Of a DNA stretch of 64,000 nucleotides, positions 61,530 through 64,000 are shown piece after piece. The position numbers and the translations under genes were made by a program. Where the stretch lies: the NCBI RefSeq assembly GCF_032444005.1, contig NC_091285.1:12648001-12712000 (forward strand), read 5' to 3'. This DNA comes from Ranitomeya imitator (taxonomy: Eukaryota). Every line of letters starts with the position of its first letter. The first letter of the stretch is position 1. A model generated the notes under the pieces. That model was not told the DNA's origin. It ran no database searches and saw only the letters and a program-made list of their open reading frames with translations.

Positions 61530-62641
61530 ATTATTATTATTATACATTTTTATAGCGCCATTTATTCCATGGCGCTTTACATGTGAAAAGGGGGCAAATA
61601 TAGATAAATATAATAAACATGAGTAAAAAACAAGGCACTAACAGGTACAGAAGGAGGGAGGACCCTGCCCGCGAGAGCTCACAGTCTGCAGGGGATGGGT
61701 GAGGATACACTAGGAGAGGGTAGAGCGGGTTGTGCGGTGGTTCAGTTGGTTGAGGATCACTGCAGGCTGTAGGCAGAGGTGAGTCCTCAGATTCTTTTTG
61801 AAGGTTTCTATGGTAGGCGAGAGTCTGATGTGTTGGGGTAGAGAGTTCCAGAGTATGGGGGAAGCACAGGAGAAGTCTTGGATGCGGTTGTGGGAAGAAG
61901 AGATGAGAGGGGAGTAGAGAAGGAGATCTTGTGAGAATCGAAAGTTGCGTGTCGGTAAGTACCGGGAGACCATGTCACAGATGTATTGAGGAGACTGGTT
62001 GTTGATGGCTTTGGATGTCATAGTAGGGGTTTTGAACTGGAGTCTCTGGACGATAGGAAGCCAGTGAAGGGCTTGGCATAGGGGAGAGGCTGCAGAATAG
62101 CTGGGAGACAGGTAGATTAGTTGGGCAGCAGAGTGTAAGATGGATTTGAATGGTGCCAGAGTGCTAGAGGGGAGGCCAGAGAGTAGGAGGTTGGCAGTAG
62201 TCAAGGCAGGAGATGATAAGGGCATGCACTAGTGTTTTTGTGGTTTCGTAGTCGAAGAATGCGCGGATCCGGGAAATATTTTTGAGTTTGAGATGGCAGG
62301 AGAAGGCAAGGGCTTGGATATGTGGTTTGAAAGAGAGGGCAGAGTTGAGGATCACCCCGAGGCACCGGGCATGTGGGACTGGGGAAAGTGAGCAGCCATT
62401 GACCTTGATGGATAGGTCTGGTGGAGGGGTAGAGTAAGATGGGGGAAAGATGATGAATTCTGTTTTGCCCATGTTCAGTTTTAGATAGCGAGTAGAAAAG
62501 AAGGCCGAGATAGCAGACAGCAAACAGTGTGGGATTTTGGTCAGTAAGGAGGTGAGGTCAGGTCCAGATAGGTAGATCTGTGTGTCATCGGCGTAGAGAT
62601 GGTACTGCAAACCGTGGGATTCTATGAGCTGTCCCAGGCCG
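61530..62641 (-). mobile_element. 5'-truncated L2-clade LINE with RT remnant
   Basis: GLGQLIESHGLQYHLYADDTQIYLS (RT YADD motif); frameshifted between ORFs 62164-62655 and 61710-62225; 3' end GGCGCTATAAAAATGTAT(AAT)n. Confidence 0.92.
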
Positions 62642-62890
62642 AGTGTCGGTGTCATTATCCTGTACCCAGAGTGTCGGTGTCATTAACCTGTACTCCGAGT
62701 GTCAGTGTCAATCATCCTGTAATACCAAGTGTCAGTGTCATTATCCTGTACCCAGAGTTTCGGTGTCATTATCCTGTACCCCGATTGTCAGTGTCATCAT
62801 ACTGTACCCCAAGTGTCAATCATCCAGTACCCCCAATTGTCAGTGCCATTATCCTGTACCCCATGTGTCAGTGACATTATCCTGTACCCC
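62642..62890. repeat. ~26-bp minisatellite (GTGTCAGTGTCATTATCCTGTACCCC); also at 61463-61525
   Basis: The same unit occurs on both sides of the L2 insertion. Confidence 0.8.
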
Positions 62891-62966
62891 GGATGTGTGA
62901 TTGATATCTGCAGCTGAATATTTGTGTCCTGTTCCTTCTAAATTATATTTTTGCTTCTCTTGACAG

Positions 62967-63658
62967 AACCATTCGTTGTCTCTACATGAGAACGGTTGGG
63001 GTAGTAGTCATGTACACTATGGCCAGAGACAAGAAAATGGATGGGCCAGAACATATTCTTCCAACAGTCAATGGGGCATGGAGCAGGATGGTGGGCAGAG
63101 AAGACCCATCGGTAGGAAAGATATGTCTCCACAGAGACAAGAGTCCGCAATGGCGGCCTATGAGCAGAGGAAAAATGCCACAATGGCCAACCTGAAATAT
63201 AGGGAGTCTAGGCCGAACAACATGTCCACCATACAGTACTCTCGATCCGAGTTTGGACAAGGAACTCGACCACGACAAAGCACCGTCAAGAAATCCACCC
63301 AATCCGATCAAGACTCAGTGTTCATAAATAGTGTTCCCACCAGTCCAGCCCGACCCTACTACCAGTCGAGGAACAGTCAAAGTATGGACAACCTTCTAGA
63401 GAAGCGGCACTACCAGACACAGGCTTCAGCAGGTCCCGTTGGCCAAGGGAGGTCCCAAGGGACATCCAATCGAATCAATGGATATCAGTCCAGCGCGAGG
63501 TATATGACCTACCAGAAGGAGTATATCCAGTCACCCTCTGCAGCCAGCGGCATGGACATAGGTGGAAAGAGAGCTATGATGACAGCCGCAATGGCTGCGA
63601 CGGCATCCGGTGTGAACATGACGCAAAATGATGGCAGACATGTGGAAACAGCTGTAGG
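62967..63658 (+). CDS. pkp2: Plakophilin-2 exon 3 (head domain)
   Basis: Acceptor CTTCTCTTGACAG; in frame with ORF 62976; YSRSE, DSVF..SVP and SQSMDNLLEK match PKP2 YARSE, DTVFDSIP and SRSMGNLLEK; 692 nt with phase-2 donor GTGAGT, as recalled for PKP2 exon 3. Confidence 0.88.
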
Positions 63659-64000
63659 GTGAGTCAAGGGTGACAAGAATATTTACCTTTCCTGAATTAT
63701 CAGATACAGTCCCTGGAAAATTTGGGCCTGTCCCAGATTAAGATGGCCATGGTTTATATAAACCCCACCTACAGGTGGCCATGTTAGTGGCGTTCCTGGG
63801 TGGGACTGAGGGTGGGACTTAAACCCTTCCCGACGTGTTACATACAAGTACATCACATGTTCGGTGTGGGCTCAAGAGCCATATTACAGAGAAGACACCT
63901 GTCAGCAGCACTACCTCCGATCATTGCTGCTTAACCCCTAAAATGCCACTGTCAATCTATGACATTGATGTTTAACTGGTGGAATACCACCAGCGCCCTT

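Overview
Vertebrate genomic DNA, most likely an anuran amphibian judging by gene content and repeat families. Three + strand protein-coding genes are supported. (1) An intronless RING-B-box-B-box-coiled-coil-B30.2 TRIM gene (3304-5055). (2) A complete 5-exon, 206-codon neuronal calcium sensor gene resembling frog retinal guanylyl-cyclase inhibitory protein GCIP (10585-15675), preceded by a compact TAATCy-rich TATA promoter. (3) Exons 1-3 of plakophilin-2 (41556-63658, continuing beyond the window). About 18 kb of the window is one 57-bp minisatellite in three co-oriented arrays (~16.9-31.4, 38.7-41.0 and 48.1-49.3 kb; roughly 315 units). Every unit carries a CTCF-like motif (CCACTAGGGGGAGC). 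A separate 54-bp array at ~33.7-34.3 kb carries the textbook CTCF core CCACTAGATGGCAGC behind the same CTGCAG flank. The remainder is transposon debris: a non-autonomous hAT element with intact TIRs and TSD, Tc1, L2, CR1, a V-SINE, Harbinger and T2 MITEs, Penelope-type hammerhead ribozyme motifs and several minisatellites. Nearly all long ORFs in the supplied track are artefacts of tandem repeats whose period is a multiple of three. Motif and family calls come from inspection and recall; no searches were run.
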